DNA from: an uncultured Lentisphaeria bacterium
GTDB taxonomy: Bacteria; Fidelibacterota; UBA8477; JABMPR01
DNA: 64,000 nucleotides
Assembly (NCBI GenBank): GCA_964508765.1
Contig: CAZDVD010000005.1
Span: 32,357-96,356, forward strand
Direction of reading: 5' to 3'
Positions 1 to 11,388 of this stretch are shown here, piece by piece. Numbering within the stretch: the first letter of the stretch is position 1; each line of letters opens with the position of its first letter. The notes beneath the pieces were generated by a model. That model did no database searches and was not told where the DNA came from. It saw only the letters and a list, made by a program, of their open reading frames with translations. The position numbers were made by a program, and so were the translations under genes.

Positions 1-93
1 GAGGCCTTGCGTAAGCAGAACCAGGAGCATCCCATTGAAGTGGTTGGGAAAAAATTACGTGGAATGATGAGCTTTATTGGAAATAAGGGCTAA
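1..93 (+). CDS. ilvC: ketol-acid reductoisomerase, C-terminal fragment (runs off window)
   Basis: Frame 1 reads [30 protein letters not shown], the typical IlvC C-terminus ([14 protein letters not shown]); lies directly before leuB. Confidence 0.9.
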   Translation, partial: EALRKQNQEHPIEVVGKKLRGMMSFIGNKG

Positions 94-100
94 TAAATCA

Positions 101-1183
101 ATGCAATCCTATAAAATTACTATTCTCCCTGGAGATGGTATCGGTCCTGAGGTGATGGAAGCTGCCTTAAAGGTTCTTGATGCTGTGGGAGAAATGGAAT
201 CTGTCAAATTCGAATATGATTATGCCCAGGTCGGTGGTTGTGCCATTGACGAGACGGGGAAACCCCTCTCAAAGGAAACCCTGGATATGTGCCAGCAATC
301 GGATGCTGTTCTCCTTGGCGCCGTTGGCGGTCCTAAATGGGAATCCTTACCTCAAGACCAAAAACCGGAGCAAGCCCTTCTGCAACTCCGGGGCGGCCTG
401 GGATTATATTCAAATCTACGACCGGCAATGGTCTTTCCTGCCCTGGCTGATGCATCTTCTCTCCGTGAGGAAGTGGTTGCAGGCGTGGATGTCATGGTGG
501 TCAGAGAGTTAACCGGAGGCATCTATTTTGGAACTCCCAAAGGTGCCGATGCAAACAAGGGGTGGAACACCATGGTCTACGAACGACATGAGGTGGAACG
601 TATTGCCCGAGTCGCATTCGATCTCGCCCGGAAACGTAGTAGTCGTGTGACCTCAGTAGATAAGGCAAATGTGCTGGATGTTTCCCAGTTCTGGCGTGAT
701 ATCGTTATTGAAGTTCATCAGGATTATCCAGATGTAGAATTGGATCATATGTACGTTGACAATGCAGCGATGCAACTGGTGCGCACACCCAAACAGTTTG
801 ATGTTATCGTGACTGGAAACATGTTTGGCGATATTCTCAGCGATATTGCTTCCATGGTGACTGGTAGTCTAGGTATGTTGCCCTCTGCCAGCCTCGGTGA
901 AAAATATGCCCTCTATGAACCAGTACATGGGTCTGCTCCAGATATCGCAGGACAAAACAAAGCCAATCCCTTGGCCATGATTATGTCAGTCGCAATGATG
1001 TTGAGTTATACCCTGGATATGGGCAAAGCAGGAGCAGCCTTGCAGACCGCAGTTTCTGAAGTGCTGGAGGCTGGATACCGCACTGGTGAGATTTACCAGG
1101 ATGGTGACAAGCTGGTGACGACCACAGAAATGAGCGATCTGGTGATTAAGCAGTTGACTCAAATCAATGAGAGGGTTGCATGA
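101..1183 (+). CDS. leuB: 3-isopropylmalate dehydrogenase
   Basis: [39 protein letters not shown] motifs; ATG at 101 preferred over 77, which overlaps ilvC. Confidence 0.97.
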   Translation: MQSYKITILPGDGIGPEVMEAALKVLDAVGEMESVKFEYDYAQVGGCAIDETGKPLSKETLDMCQQSDAVLLGAVGGPKWESLPQDQKPEQALLQLRGGLGLYSNLRPAMVFPALADASSLREEVVAGVDVMVVRELTGGIYFGTPKGADANKGWNTMVYERHEVERIARVAFDLARKRSSRVTSVDKANVLDVSQFWRDIVIEVHQDYPDVELDHMYVDNAAMQLVRTPKQFDVIVTGNMFGDILSDIASMVTGSLGMLPSASLGEKYALYEPVHGSAPDIAGQNKANPLAMIMSVAMMLSYTLDMGKAGAALQTAVSEVLEAGYRTGEIYQDGDKLVTTTEMSDLVIKQLTQINERVA

Positions 1184-1219
1184 TCGAGTCAGAAACACAT
1201 TGCTGCAAGGGAATCATCC

Positions 1220-2797
1220 ATGAGTGAAAAAGTAATCATATTTGACACCACCCTGAGAGATGGTGAACAATCGCCAGGTGCTTCCCTGACACTCCTTGAA
1301 AAAGTGGAAATTGCACGTCAATTAGATAAACTGGGAGTGGATGTCATTGAAGCTGGGTTCCCCATTTCATCACCGACACAATTTGATGCTGTTCAGCGTA
1401 TTGGGGGAGAAGTCTCAGCAGTCGTTGCCGGATTAGCCAGAGCACTCGAACCAGATATTGATGCTGTCAGGCGTGCCCTCGAGCAAACTGAGAAATATCG
1501 CATACATACCTTTATGGGTACTTCAGATATTCATATCACTCAAAAGTTCGGTAGTGACCGCTATGGTAAAAATCTGACTGACAAACGTCAGAAGGTCATT
1601 CAAATGGCCTGTGATGCAGTTGCCTATGCCAAGACCTTTTCACCAGATGTGGAATTCTCACCTGAAGATGCCGGACGAACCGATATCGAATATCTCGTTG
1701 AAATTGTTGAAGCCGTCATCGCTGCAGGTGCTACCACGGTAAATATTCCTGATACGACAGGCTATACCTTTCCAGTAGAATTCGGTGAGAAGATTGCCGC
1801 TTTGAAAGAGAGAGTATCCAATATTGATCAAGCTGTTATCAGTGTGCATTGTCACAATGATCTTGGGCTGGCAGTAGCCAATTCATTGACTGCCATATCA
1901 CAAGGCGCTCGACAGGTTGAATGTACCATCAATGGAATTGGTGAACGTGCTGGAAATGCCTCTCTGGAAGAGATTGTCATGGCGCTGAAGATTCGTTCAG
2001 AACTATGGGATTGTCACACCGACATCCATACGGAAGAGATCATGAATACCTCTCGCATGGTGTCCAGGTACACTGGTATGCTGGTTCAACCCAATAAGGC
2101 TATCGTTGGTGAAAATGCCTTTGCCCACGAGTCTGGTATTCATCAGGATGGCATGCTAAAGAATCGCAATACCTATGAGATCATGAATCCTGATGCCATC
2201 GGCATCGGTGAGAGCAAAATTGTGCTTGGCCGACATTCTGGACGAGCCGGTTTAAAATCTCGCCTGGAAGCCCTGGGATATCATCTGGATAAAGAACACC
2301 TCAAGGTCATTTACAAAGAATTCGTTGAATTGGCGGACAAAAAGAAGGAAGTCTTTGATGAAGATCTGCGCGCCATTATGGGTGAAGTTTTAGATCAGGA
2401 AGATACCTTCTACAAGCTGGATTATTTGCATGTAAATCTTGGAACGACCACTATTCCAGTAGCCATTGTACGCATTGAGACACCTGAAAAAGTCTATGAA
2501 GATTCAGCTACGGGTGATGGTCCTGTGGCAGCCTGTTTTAGAGCGATTGCAAGAGCCCTCGGTATCCGCCAGCAGTTCAATCTGGAATACTATCAGGTAC
2601 GTTCCATTACACGAGGGAAGAGTGCTTTGGGAGAAGTGACGCTGAGATTGCATCATGATGGTGACATCTACGCTGGCAGGGGCATCTCCACCGATACCAT
2701 AGAAGCCAGTGCCAAAGCCTACCTGGAAGCACTGAATCAGCACAAGCGGAAACAGGAATTAGATGAAACCACTGAAACTGTGAAAGAACATGTCTAA
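1220..2797 (+). CDS. leuA: 2-isopropylmalate synthase
   Basis: [43 protein letters not shown]; C-terminal regulatory domain. Confidence 0.97.
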   Translation: MSEKVIIFDTTLRDGEQSPGASLTLLEKVEIARQLDKLGVDVIEAGFPISSPTQFDAVQRIGGEVSAVVAGLARALEPDIDAVRRALEQTEKYRIHTFMGTSDIHITQKFGSDRYGKNLTDKRQKVIQMACDAVAYAKTFSPDVEFSPEDAGRTDIEYLVEIVEAVIAAGATTVNIPDTTGYTFPVEFGEKIAALKERVSNIDQAVISVHCHNDLGLAVANSLTAISQGARQVECTINGIGERAGNASLEEIVMALKIRSELWDCHTDIHTEEIMNTSRMVSRYTGMLVQPNKAIVGENAFAHESGIHQDGMLKNRNTYEIMNPDAIGIGESKIVLGRHSGRAGLKSRLEALGYHLDKEHLKVIYKEFVELADKKKEVFDEDLRAIMGEVLDQEDTFYKLDYLHVNLGTTTIPVAIVRIETPEKVYEDSATGDGPVAACFRAIARALGIRQQFNLEYYQVRSITRGKSALGEVTLRLHHDGDIYAGRGISTDTIEASAKAYLEALNQHKRKQELDETTETVKEHV

Positions 2798-4200
2798 TGG
2801 CAGCAAAAACATTATACGATAAGCTCTGGGAAAGCCATGAAGTTCGCAAGAATGACAACGGCACCAGTCTGCTATATATCGATCGTCAACTGATACATGA
2901 AGTGACCTCACCCCAGGCCTTTGAAGGTCTCAGGATGAATAAAAGAGCCCCCTGGCGCACCGATGCCAACGTGGCTGTTCCTGATCACAATATTCCCACC
3001 AAGGATCGTGATAAGGGTGTCGAAGATCCTATCTCAAAACTTCAAATAGATACCCTGGCCAGCAATACGTCTGAACTCGGTATTACCAATTTTGACATGT
3101 CTGATCCCCGTCAGGGCATTGTCCATGTCATTGGACCGGAGCAGGGAATTACTCTACCAGGAATGACCATTGTGTGTGGCGACTCCCATACCTCGACTCA
3201 TGGCGCTCTGGGTGCCCTGGCTTTTGGTATTGGCACTTCTGAGGTTGAGCATGTATTGGCTACCCAATGTCTGGTACAGGAGAAATCCAAAAACATGCTG
3301 ATTCGAGTAAACGGCAAACTCCAACCAGGGGTCACCGCCAAAGACTTGATTCTGACTATCATTGGCAGAATCGGAACCGCTGGTGGAACGGGATATGCTA
3401 TTGAGTTTGGTGGCGAAGCTATCCAGGATATGTCCATGGAAGGACGCATGACCGTGTGCAATATGACCATTGAGGCAGGCGCCAGAGCAGGTCTCATTGC
3501 TGTGGACGAAACCACGATTAATTATGTCAAGGGACGAAATTTTGCTCCAAAAGGAGTGGCTTGGGAAGAAGCCGAGGCCCATTGGAAAACCCTTCAATCA
3601 GATGCAGATGCTAGATATGATGAAACCATCGTATTCGATGCAGCTGATATCAAACCCATGGTCACCTGGGGAACCTCACCTGAGATGGTGGCTCCTGTAG
3701 ATGGTTTTGTACCAGATGCTTCAGATCCTGCCAAGGCTGAACAGACAAGTAATGCCCTGAAGTATATGGGACTTAAGGCTGGAATGCCCATTAAGGATAT
3801 CACCTTTGATAAGGTCTTTATCGGATCATGTACAAATTCACGTATTGAAGACCTCAGAGAAGCTGCCCGCGTCGTGAAGGGTCAGAAAGTGGCTTCCAGT
3901 ATCTCACTGGCCATGGTGGTCCCCGGATCTGGTCCAGTAAAAGCCCAGGCAGAAGCAGAGGGTTTGGATAAGATTTTTCTGGATGCCGGTTTTGAATGGC
4001 GTGAGCCAGGGTGTTCCATGTGTCTGGCTATGAATGCGGACCGACTTGAACCCGGTGAACGCTGTGCATCTACATCCAATAGAAATTTTGAAGGTCGCCA
4101 GGGACAGGGAGGTCGAACGCACCTCTTAAGTCCTGCCATGGCTGCCGCAGCGGCTGTTGCTGGCCATATCACCAACGTCACAAGATATTACGAGAATTAA
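2797..4200 (+). CDS. leuC: 3-isopropylmalate dehydratase large subunit
   Basis: [40 protein letters not shown] Fe-S cysteines. Confidence 0.98.
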   Translation: MAAKTLYDKLWESHEVRKNDNGTSLLYIDRQLIHEVTSPQAFEGLRMNKRAPWRTDANVAVPDHNIPTKDRDKGVEDPISKLQIDTLASNTSELGITNFDMSDPRQGIVHVIGPEQGITLPGMTIVCGDSHTSTHGALGALAFGIGTSEVEHVLATQCLVQEKSKNMLIRVNGKLQPGVTAKDLILTIIGRIGTAGGTGYAIEFGGEAIQDMSMEGRMTVCNMTIEAGARAGLIAVDETTINYVKGRNFAPKGVAWEEAEAHWKTLQSDADARYDETIVFDAADIKPMVTWGTSPEMVAPVDGFVPDASDPAKAEQTSNALKYMGLKAGMPIKDITFDKVFIGSCTNSRIEDLREAARVVKGQKVASSISLAMVVPGSGPVKAQAEAEGLDKIFLDAGFEWREPGCSMCLAMNADRLEPGERCASTSNRNFEGRQGQGGRTHLLSPAMAAAAAVAGHITNVTRYYEN

Positions 4201-4201
4201 G

Positions 4202-4849
4202 ATGCAGAAATTTACAGCACATCACGGTTTGGTCGCACCGCTGGATAGATCCAATGTGGATACCGATGCCATCATCCCCAAACAATTCCTCAAATCCATC
4301 CAAAGAACGGGATTTGGTCCCTATCTTTTTGACGAATGGCGCTATCTGGATCATGGCGAACCGGGACAGGATTGTACGAATCGACCCATCAATGAAGACT
4401 TTGTTCTAAACGACGATCGTTACCAAGGTGCAACCGTATTATTGACACGAGCAAATTTTGGCTGTGGGTCAAGTCGTGAGCATGCTCCCTGGGCACTCCT
4501 TGATTATGGTTTCCAAGTCATTCTGGCAGAAAGCTTTGCTGATATATTTTATTCTAACTGTTTTAAAAATGGCATGCTACCCATTGTTCTCTCTGCAGAG
4601 CAAATCGAGGAATTATTCAAAGCGACGCTGAATGAACCTGGCTTCAAACTCAGTGTAGATCTTGAGCTGCAGACTGTTTCATCCAGTAGCGGGAAAAGCT
4701 ATGCTTTTGATCTGGACAATTACCGGAAATACTGTCTCCTCAATGGTTTGGATGAAATTGGCCAGACCCTGTCCTATAAACAGGAAATAGCTGATTTTGA
4801 AAGCAAGCATCTCAAAAAACATAGCTGGTTAACCCAAGAGGTACGCTGA
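4202..4849 (+). CDS. leuD: 3-isopropylmalate dehydratase small subunit
   Basis: [28 protein letters not shown]; ATG at 4202 immediately after the leuC stop. Confidence 0.97.
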   Translation: MQKFTAHHGLVAPLDRSNVDTDAIIPKQFLKSIQRTGFGPYLFDEWRYLDHGEPGQDCTNRPINEDFVLNDDRYQGATVLLTRANFGCGSSREHAPWALLDYGFQVILAESFADIFYSNCFKNGMLPIVLSAEQIEELFKATLNEPGFKLSVDLELQTVSSSSGKSYAFDLDNYRKYCLLNGLDEIGQTLSYKQEIADFESKHLKKHSWLTQEVR

Positions 4850-4850
4850 C

Positions 4851-6449
4851 GTGTCCGAACCAAGAACGATTGAACTATTTGACTCAACCCTACGGGATGG
4901 CACCCAGGGTGAAGGTGTCAATCTCTCCGTAGATGATAAACTACACATCGCCCAGCGTCTTGATGAATTTGGAATTGGTGTCCTGGAAGGTGGCTGGCCC
5001 GGATCCAACCCCCGTGATCAAGAATTTTTTGCCCGGGCCAAGAAGATGACCTGGCAGCAGGCTAAGATTTGCGCCTTTGGATCAACAGCCCGAACCATTG
5101 AAGGCGTCTCCTCAGATTCAAACCTGAACGCATTACTGCAAGCAGAAACGGAAGTGGTTTCCATCTTTGGTAAAACCTGGCGCCTCCACGCAGAAAAAGG
5201 GTTGGGATTCAATTCCAGCCAGAACTCAGAGTTGATTGAAAAGTCGGTAGCCTATTTGGTTCAAGAAGGTCGCCGGGTTGTTTTTGATGCCGAGCATTTC
5301 TTTGATGGCTATAAAGATTCGCCTGAATTCGCCATGAAAATGCTCAGGGCTGCTCAGGCTGGTGGTGCGGATACCCTGGTTTTGTGTGACACCAATGGTG
5401 GCACCTTGCCCCATGAAGTTGCCCAGGCAACTCAACATGTTTTGGATACATTTAATGTCCCAGTGGGAATTCATGCCCACAATGATGGCGGCATGGCTGC
5501 TGCCAATACGATCACAGCGGTACAGATGGGCGCCAATCATGTCCAGGGAACCATGAATGGAGTGGGAGAACGTTGTGGAAATGCCAACCTCAGCACAGTT
5601 ATTCCCAACCTGCTATTGAAGCTTGGTCTTGACCTGAAACATCCTGTCGATCTTACTCAATTGACCAAGATGGCTAATTACGTTTTTGAAATTATGAATC
5701 TCCATCCCGATGATCGAGCTCCATTTGTGGGAAAATCAGCCTTTGCCCATAAAGGCGGCATTCATGTCAGCGCGGTGATGAAAGACAGCCGCATGTATGA
5801 GCATATCATCCCAACAGATGTAGGAGCCAAACAGAGAGTGTTGGTTTCAGATCTTTCAGGCCAGAGCAATATCCGTTACAAGGCAAATGAATTGGATATC
5901 AATCTCCAGGATTCTAAGGGAGAACTTCCCAGGCAAATAGTCCAACATATCAAGGAATTGGAGCACGGGGGATATCAATATGAAACGGCTGAAGCTTCTT
6001 TTGAACTCATTATCAAAGAGCAAATGGGTAGCTTTTCACCCTTCTTTGAAGTGGAAGACTCCCGTGTGATTGTCAGTTATGAACGAGAAGGCCACAACCT
6101 GGCTGATGCTATGCTCAAAGTCCGGGTCAATGGAGAAGTTGAACACACTGCCGCTGATGGTGTAGGACCTGTAAATGCGTTGAATAAAGCACTCCAGAAG
6201 GCTCTGACACGTTTTTACCCGCAATTGTCAGTTGTTCACTTGAAAGACTACAAGGTACGTGTCCTGGATGGAACCAATGGAACCAAAGCTGTTGTACGGG
6301 TACTCATCGAGAGTACCGATGGTGAAAACAGTTGGTCTACTGTTGGGGTGTCTGAAAATATTATTGAAGCGAGTTGGCAGGCTCTGGTTGACAGTCTGAA
6401 CTACAAGTTGATGAAATCAAATATTAGCAATAAGAATATGAAGGAATAG
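4851..6449 (+). CDS. cimA: citramalate synthase
   Basis: DSTLRDGTQGEG, FDAEHFFDG, AFAHKGGIHVSAV, WSTVGVSENIIEASWQAL of the bacterial CimA subfamily; GTG start. Confidence 0.9.
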   Translation: MSEPRTIELFDSTLRDGTQGEGVNLSVDDKLHIAQRLDEFGIGVLEGGWPGSNPRDQEFFARAKKMTWQQAKICAFGSTARTIEGVSSDSNLNALLQAETEVVSIFGKTWRLHAEKGLGFNSSQNSELIEKSVAYLVQEGRRVVFDAEHFFDGYKDSPEFAMKMLRAAQAGGADTLVLCDTNGGTLPHEVAQATQHVLDTFNVPVGIHAHNDGGMAAANTITAVQMGANHVQGTMNGVGERCGNANLSTVIPNLLLKLGLDLKHPVDLTQLTKMANYVFEIMNLHPDDRAPFVGKSAFAHKGGIHVSAVMKDSRMYEHIIPTDVGAKQRVLVSDLSGQSNIRYKANELDINLQDSKGELPRQIVQHIKELEHGGYQYETAEASFELIIKEQMGSFSPFFEVEDSRVIVSYEREGHNLADAMLKVRVNGEVEHTAADGVGPVNALNKALQKALTRFYPQLSVVHLKDYKVRVLDGTNGTKAVVRVLIESTDGENSWSTVGVSENIIEASWQALVDSLNYKLMKSNISNKNMKE

Positions 6450-6459
6450 AATCTGAATC

Positions 6460-7386
6460 ATGCCGAATCATTGTGAAAAAATATGGTTTAACGGGGAAAT
6501 TGTAAATTGGAATCAGGCCACCACGCATGTGATGTCCCACGGTTTGCACTATGGAAGTGGTATTTTTGAAGGGGTGAAATGCTATACCACTGAGGATGGT
6601 CCTGCCATCTTTAAGTTGGAGGATCATATAGATCGCTTCTTCACCTCAGCGAAAATATATCGTATTGATCTTCCCTTCAGTAAAACAGACTTGCTCAAAG
6701 GCTGTCTGGACATTATTAAAGAAAATGGGATTGAAAACGGATACATCAGACCCGTTGCTTACTATGGCTATGACTCGCTTGGCGTTCATCCAAAGGATTG
6801 TCCTGTGGAGGTATCGATTGGTGCTTTTGATTGGGGAGCCTATCTGGGTCAGGATGCTCTGGTAAAGGGGGTTCGGGTAACCGTATCACCGTGGCGAAAA
6901 TTTCACTCCAGTTCCTTTCCAACCAATGCTAAGGCCAATGGTCAATATTTGAATTCACTCCTGGCCGTTCAGGATGCGAAATCGAAAGGTTTTGATGAAG
7001 GACTTCTTCTCAATCAGGAGGGAACCATAGCCGAGGGAGCTGGCCAGAATATTTTTCTGATCAAAAACGGAAAACTCTATACCAATGCTGAGGACTCTTC
7101 GATTTTAATGGGTATCACCAGGGAAACACTGATTCAACTTGCGCGTGATCTAGGATTTCGAGTTAAAGTCGGACGTCTTTCTGTAGGACAATTGTTGTCT
7201 GCGGATGAGGCATTTTTTACAGGTACTGCCAGTGAGGTGACACCCATCCGAGAGTTGGATCACCGCGTGGTAGGTCCTGGTGGTAGAGGACCCATTACTG
7301 AGAAATTACAAGCTGCCTATATGGATGTGGTCCATGGTCGCAGCCCTCAATACAAGTCCTGGTTAACCTATGTCAATGAATCTTGA
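6460..7386 (+). CDS. ilvE: branched-chain amino acid aminotransferase
   Basis: LHYGSGIFEG, AKANGQYLNS (PLP lysine), ILMGITR, ADEAFFTGTASEVTPI. Confidence 0.95.
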   Translation: MPNHCEKIWFNGEIVNWNQATTHVMSHGLHYGSGIFEGVKCYTTEDGPAIFKLEDHIDRFFTSAKIYRIDLPFSKTDLLKGCLDIIKENGIENGYIRPVAYYGYDSLGVHPKDCPVEVSIGAFDWGAYLGQDALVKGVRVTVSPWRKFHSSSFPTNAKANGQYLNSLLAVQDAKSKGFDEGLLLNQEGTIAEGAGQNIFLIKNGKLYTNAEDSSILMGITRETLIQLARDLGFRVKVGRLSVGQLLSADEAFFTGTASEVTPIRELDHRVVGPGGRGPITEKLQAAYMDVVHGRSPQYKSWLTYVNES

Positions 7387-7413
7387 TAGTATGTTTGAGA
7401 TTGATGTGGCACG

Positions 7414-7428
7414 CCGGGCTTGACCCGG
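7414..7428. repeat. short REP-like hairpin CCGGG-CTTGA-CCCGG
   Basis: Perfect 5-bp stem in the ilvE-aspartokinase gap. Confidence 0.4.
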
Positions 7429-7471
7429 GTAGATTTGGTATTGAAACACAAGGGGAAATGAAAATCCAGTT

Positions 7472-8860
7472 ATGAAAGTATTGAAATTTGGTGGCTCATC
7501 CATTGCCACACCAGAACGCCTCACTGCAGTCCTTGAGCTGATTCGTCAAGCTGAAAAAGAAAACCAAATTGCAGTCGTCGTTTCTGCCTTTGGTGGTGTC
7601 ACAGACCAACTTATTAAGATGATAGAACTTGCCGGTAAGGGTAAGGACGCTTACTCCACAGAATATAAAGCCTTCGTTGATAAACATGAGGGTATGATCG
7701 TCGCCATGACAACTGGCCGCCGTCAGGAAATATTGCGCCAAAGTATCAATAAGTATACCTCCAGATTAAGTGAAATCTTGAGAGGTGTTTATTTGGTCAG
7801 GCATGTAGCGCCAAAAACCTACAATCAAATATTGAGCTATGGTGAGCGTCTTTCAGCCCGGATCATCACTGCAAGTCTTTCAGAAATGGGCGGTGAAACT
7901 GAATTTATTGATACGCGGGACTATGTCAGAACGGATGATAATTATAGTGCTGGTGTTGTAGACTTTGATACGACGAATCAAAATATCACGGCGTATTTTG
8001 ACCTACATAAGTGCACACAGATTGTGACCGGGTTTATTGCTTCAAATAGCCAGGGAGAAACCACAACTCTGGGCCGGAGTGGGTCAGACTATACTGCTGC
8101 AATATTTGGAGCAGCTCTGGGTGCCAGTGAGATAGAAATTTGGACAGATGTGGATGGTATTCTGACAGCGAATCCAAAAGAGGTACCCTCGGCCTATCCT
8201 ATTCCAGTCATGACCTATGAAGATGCCATGGAAATGTCCCATTTTGGAGCCAAAGTTATCTTTCCACCAACCATTCAACCTGCCATGAGGGCAGGTATAC
8301 CACTCCGTATCAAGAACACCTTCAATCCTGACTTCCCTGGCACCTTGATCGACAAAGAAGGCCAGGATAAGGACTATCGCATTACTGGGATCTCAAGTAT
8401 GGATTCCATTTCGCTCATCCGTATTCAAGGCAGCGGGATGATTGGTAAAACAGGATTAACTGGTCGAATATTTATGGCCATGGCCAATGCAGATGTAGGT
8501 GTCATGTTGATCTCTCTGGCATCCAGTGAACACTCCATTTGTTTTGCTGTAGACCCAGACAGCGCAGAGAAAGCTAAGGCAGCCCTGGAAAAGGAATTCC
8601 TGCTTGAAATGCAAGTCCATGGGATTGCTAAAATTCTCATCGAGGACAATCTCTGTATTGTTGCTGTGGTGGGTGAAAATATGCGTCACACACCTGGTAT
8701 CTCAGGAAAAGTATTCGGTGCCCTGGGAGAGTTGGGTGTTAATGTGGTTGCTATTGCTCAGGGGTCATCTGAGCGAAATATTTCCATCGTCATTTCAAGA
8801 GATGATGAGGTCAGAGTCAAACGTGAATTACATGATAAATTCTTTAATGATATTCAATAG
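7472..8860 (+). CDS. aspartate kinase (ThrA-like kinase plus ACT domains, no homoserine dehydrogenase domain)
   Basis: MKVLKFGGSS, TTTLGRSGSDYTAA, EIWTDVDG, AIAQGSSERNIS; ends at 462 aa. Confidence 0.92.
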   Translation: MKVLKFGGSSIATPERLTAVLELIRQAEKENQIAVVVSAFGGVTDQLIKMIELAGKGKDAYSTEYKAFVDKHEGMIVAMTTGRRQEILRQSINKYTSRLSEILRGVYLVRHVAPKTYNQILSYGERLSARIITASLSEMGGETEFIDTRDYVRTDDNYSAGVVDFDTTNQNITAYFDLHKCTQIVTGFIASNSQGETTTLGRSGSDYTAAIFGAALGASEIEIWTDVDGILTANPKEVPSAYPIPVMTYEDAMEMSHFGAKVIFPPTIQPAMRAGIPLRIKNTFNPDFPGTLIDKEGQDKDYRITGISSMDSISLIRIQGSGMIGKTGLTGRIFMAMANADVGVMLISLASSEHSICFAVDPDSAEKAKAALEKEFLLEMQVHGIAKILIEDNLCIVAVVGENMRHTPGISGKVFGALGELGVNVVAIAQGSSERNISIVISRDDEVRVKRELHDKFFNDIQ

Positions 8861-8893
8861 AATTGCAGGTAGTAATGAAAACGGTGTTTTATG

Positions 8894-9035
8894 CTTCGAC
8901 GAGCTCAGCATGACACCCCGAGATACGTCTCCCTGCTTGCCGGGTCGGAGCTGAAAAGCGTAGACTGGAGCTCGTGTCATCCCGAGCGGCTTGCAGGGGC
9001 GTAGCTCCACTGGAGCGAAGACCTGAGTCGAGGGA
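8894..9035. repeat. composite REP/BIME-like element, copy 1
   Basis: CTTCGACGAGCTCAGCATGACA (8894-8915) plus a 61-bp unit (8975-9035) identical to 11389-11449. Confidence 0.85.
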
Positions 9036-9130
9036 CGAAGGGTAAAGGAAATGATGCGAAGTGTAAATAGTAGTTTTAAAATATTCAACACGAGTCCATG
9101 TGTATTGGACAAAGCGCACGAGGAAATGAA

Positions 9131-10063
9131 GTGAAAAAGTCAGCACGAGCATATGCCCCAGCAACTGTTGCCAATGCAGTAAGCGGTTTTGATGTACTTG
9201 GCTTTGCCTTACAGGAACCAGGGGATATCGTTATTTGTAAGCGTTCTGATGTTCCAGGAATCCGCATTGCACCTCTCACAGGGGCTTTTAGCGCCTTACC
9301 TAATGACCCCAAGCTCAATACTGCAGGTGTGGCCGTTCAAGCGCTTATGGATGCAAAAAACCTTGCCTTGGGTATGGAGTTGGAAATTCACAAGGGTGTC
9401 CCCATTGTGGGTGGCATGGGCTCCAGCGCATCAAGTGCTGTGGCAGCTGTGGTTGTCGTGAATGAGTTATTTGATTTACAGCTCACGCCACAAGAACTCT
9501 TGCCCTTTGTTCTGGAAAGCGAACGAGCAGCAACTGGTGTTCCCCATGCCGACAATGCTGCCCCTTCCCTTCTTGGGGGGTTCACCCTGATACATAGCCT
9601 GGACCCCCTGGATATTATCTCTCTGGCAACACCTGCAGCCTTCTCTTGCGCTTTGGTTCATCCTCACATGCATATCAAAACCAGGGATGCCCGTGAGATT
9701 TTGCCAAAATCAGTTCCTATGGAAATAGCGACAAAACAGATGGGACATATCGCCAGTTTTGTTGCGGGTCTCTTTCAAGAGGATCTTGAATTGATCAAGC
9801 GCTCCTTTGTTGATGAGCTGGCCGAACCTTATCGGGGACAATTAATACCTGGATATGAGCGCGTAAAATCAGCCGCCCTGGAGCAGGGTGCCCTGGGGTG
9901 TGGAATTTCAGGTTCAGGACCTTCCATGTTTGCCTTATGCCCCAGTCCAGATATTGCACAACAGGCAGCTTGGGCCATGGAACAAGTATTCCTCGCAGAA
10001 AATCTGGAAAGCGATCTCTATATCTCTGTTATCAGTCAGCAGGGCGCCAGAATTCTGGAATAA
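9131..10063 (+). CDS. thrB: homoserine kinase
   Basis: APATVANAVSGFDVLG, GHMP motif KGVPIVGGMGSSASS, HADNAAP, ISGSGPS; GTG at 9131 with GAGGA RBS. Confidence 0.95.
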   Translation: MKKSARAYAPATVANAVSGFDVLGFALQEPGDIVICKRSDVPGIRIAPLTGAFSALPNDPKLNTAGVAVQALMDAKNLALGMELEIHKGVPIVGGMGSSASSAVAAVVVVNELFDLQLTPQELLPFVLESERAATGVPHADNAAPSLLGGFTLIHSLDPLDIISLATPAAFSCALVHPHMHIKTRDAREILPKSVPMEIATKQMGHIASFVAGLFQEDLELIKRSFVDELAEPYRGQLIPGYERVKSAALEQGALGCGISGSGPSMFALCPSPDIAQQAAWAMEQVFLAENLESDLYISVISQQGARILE

Positions 10064-10066
10064 ATT

Positions 10067-11374
10067 TTGAAATATATCAGTACAAAAAACATCAGCACTC
10101 CTGCTTCTCTCAAGGAGGCGATTCTCTCGGGCATGCCTGGAGATGGCGGCCTCTTTCTCCCTGCAAGCATTCCAACGCTAAACACAAAACAGATTGAAGC
10201 CCTGGGAAGTATGTCCTTTCAGGAAATCGCTCAGATAATGGCCACGGCATTTTTATCTGAGGATATACCAGCCAGGGACATCCAGAACATGGTAGCAAAC
10301 TCCATGGATCTGGATGTAAAATTGACTCGGCTCAGCGAACAAATGTCCATTCTGGAAACCTTTCACGGTCCCACCATGGCTTTCAAGGACTTTGGTGCCC
10401 GCTTTATGGCGCGCTTAATGTCCTATCTCATCAAGGGGGACCCGCGTGAATTGACGATTCTCGTAGCCACCTCTGGTGACACAGGAAGTGCCGTGGCCAG
10501 TGGTTTTCTAGGTATTCCAGGCATCCGAGTCGTTATTCTTTATCCCAGTGGCAAGGTGAGTCCTTCCCAGGAAAAGCAACTGACGACCCAGGGTGAAAAT
10601 ATTCAAGCTCTGGAAGTATCTGGTAATTTCGATGATTGTCAGCGATTGGTAAAAGCTGCTTTTGCTGATAAAAAATTACGCCAGGAACACTTACTTTCTT
10701 CAGCCAATTCCATCAATATTGCACGGCTTATTCCTCAGTCTTTCTATTATGCCTATACAGCAGGACAATTGAATCAAGAACCAGGTGGCTTTGTCATCTC
10801 GGTACCTTCTGGAAATTTCGGGAATCTCACCGCAGGCCTTATAGCTAAGCGCATGGGTGTTCCGATCAAGCATTTCATTGCATCAACCAATAGCAATGAT
10901 GTGTTTCCGGAATATCTTCAATCCGGCGACTTTAAACCTCGCCCCTCTAACCAAACTATCTCAAATGCCATGGATGTCGGTGATCCCAGCAACCTCTCCA
11001 GAATTCGATATCTATTTGGGGATGATGTTGCCCAAATTCGATCTGAGATCAGTAGTTGGAGTTTTGATGATGATCAGACGAGGGAGAAGATTAGAGAGAT
11101 ATTTAAACGCTACCACTACACCATCGATCCCCATACCGCAGTGGGTATTCTAGGTCTAGACAAATACTTCGAATCAACTCAATCAAAAAGTCATGGAGTG
11201 GTCATATCTACTGCCCACCCTGCAAAATTTCCTGAAAGTGTTGAGCCAATCATTGGGGAAAAAATCCCTGTTCCGCCGCAACTTGCCCAATATCTGGAAC
11301 GGGAGAAACAGGCGACACAGATGTCAACCGATTATGAGCAATTTAGACAGTATTTGATGGATACTTTGGGATAA
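10067..11374 (+). CDS. thrC: threonine synthase
   Basis: FHGPTMAFKDFG, ATSGDTGSA, SANSINIARL, VPSGNFGNL, TAHPAKF. Confidence 0.96.
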   Translation: MKYISTKNISTPASLKEAILSGMPGDGGLFLPASIPTLNTKQIEALGSMSFQEIAQIMATAFLSEDIPARDIQNMVANSMDLDVKLTRLSEQMSILETFHGPTMAFKDFGARFMARLMSYLIKGDPRELTILVATSGDTGSAVASGFLGIPGIRVVILYPSGKVSPSQEKQLTTQGENIQALEVSGNFDDCQRLVKAAFADKKLRQEHLLSSANSINIARLIPQSFYYAYTAGQLNQEPGGFVISVPSGNFGNLTAGLIAKRMGVPIKHFIASTNSNDVFPEYLQSGDFKPRPSNQTISNAMDVGDPSNLSRIRYLFGDDVAQIRSEISSWSFDDDQTREKIREIFKRYHYTIDPHTAVGILGLDKYFESTQSKSHGVVISTAHPAKFPESVEPIIGEKIPVPPQLAQYLEREKQATQMSTDYEQFRQYLMDTLG

Positions 11375-11388
11375 TAGAATCTAATGCT

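Noticed and set aside
77-100. Extended leuB start at 77 (and similar track extensions for leuD 4157, thrB 9098, hisG 14736, 2Fe-2S 53071)
   Set aside because: They overlap upstream genes or the attenuator; downstream starts have an RBS or coupling and match family N-termini.
8604-9318. Several 77-116 aa ORFs across the aspartokinase-thrB gap, as a possible HSDH remnant
   Set aside because: They run through REP sequence and show no GxGxVG Rossmann or other HSDH motif.
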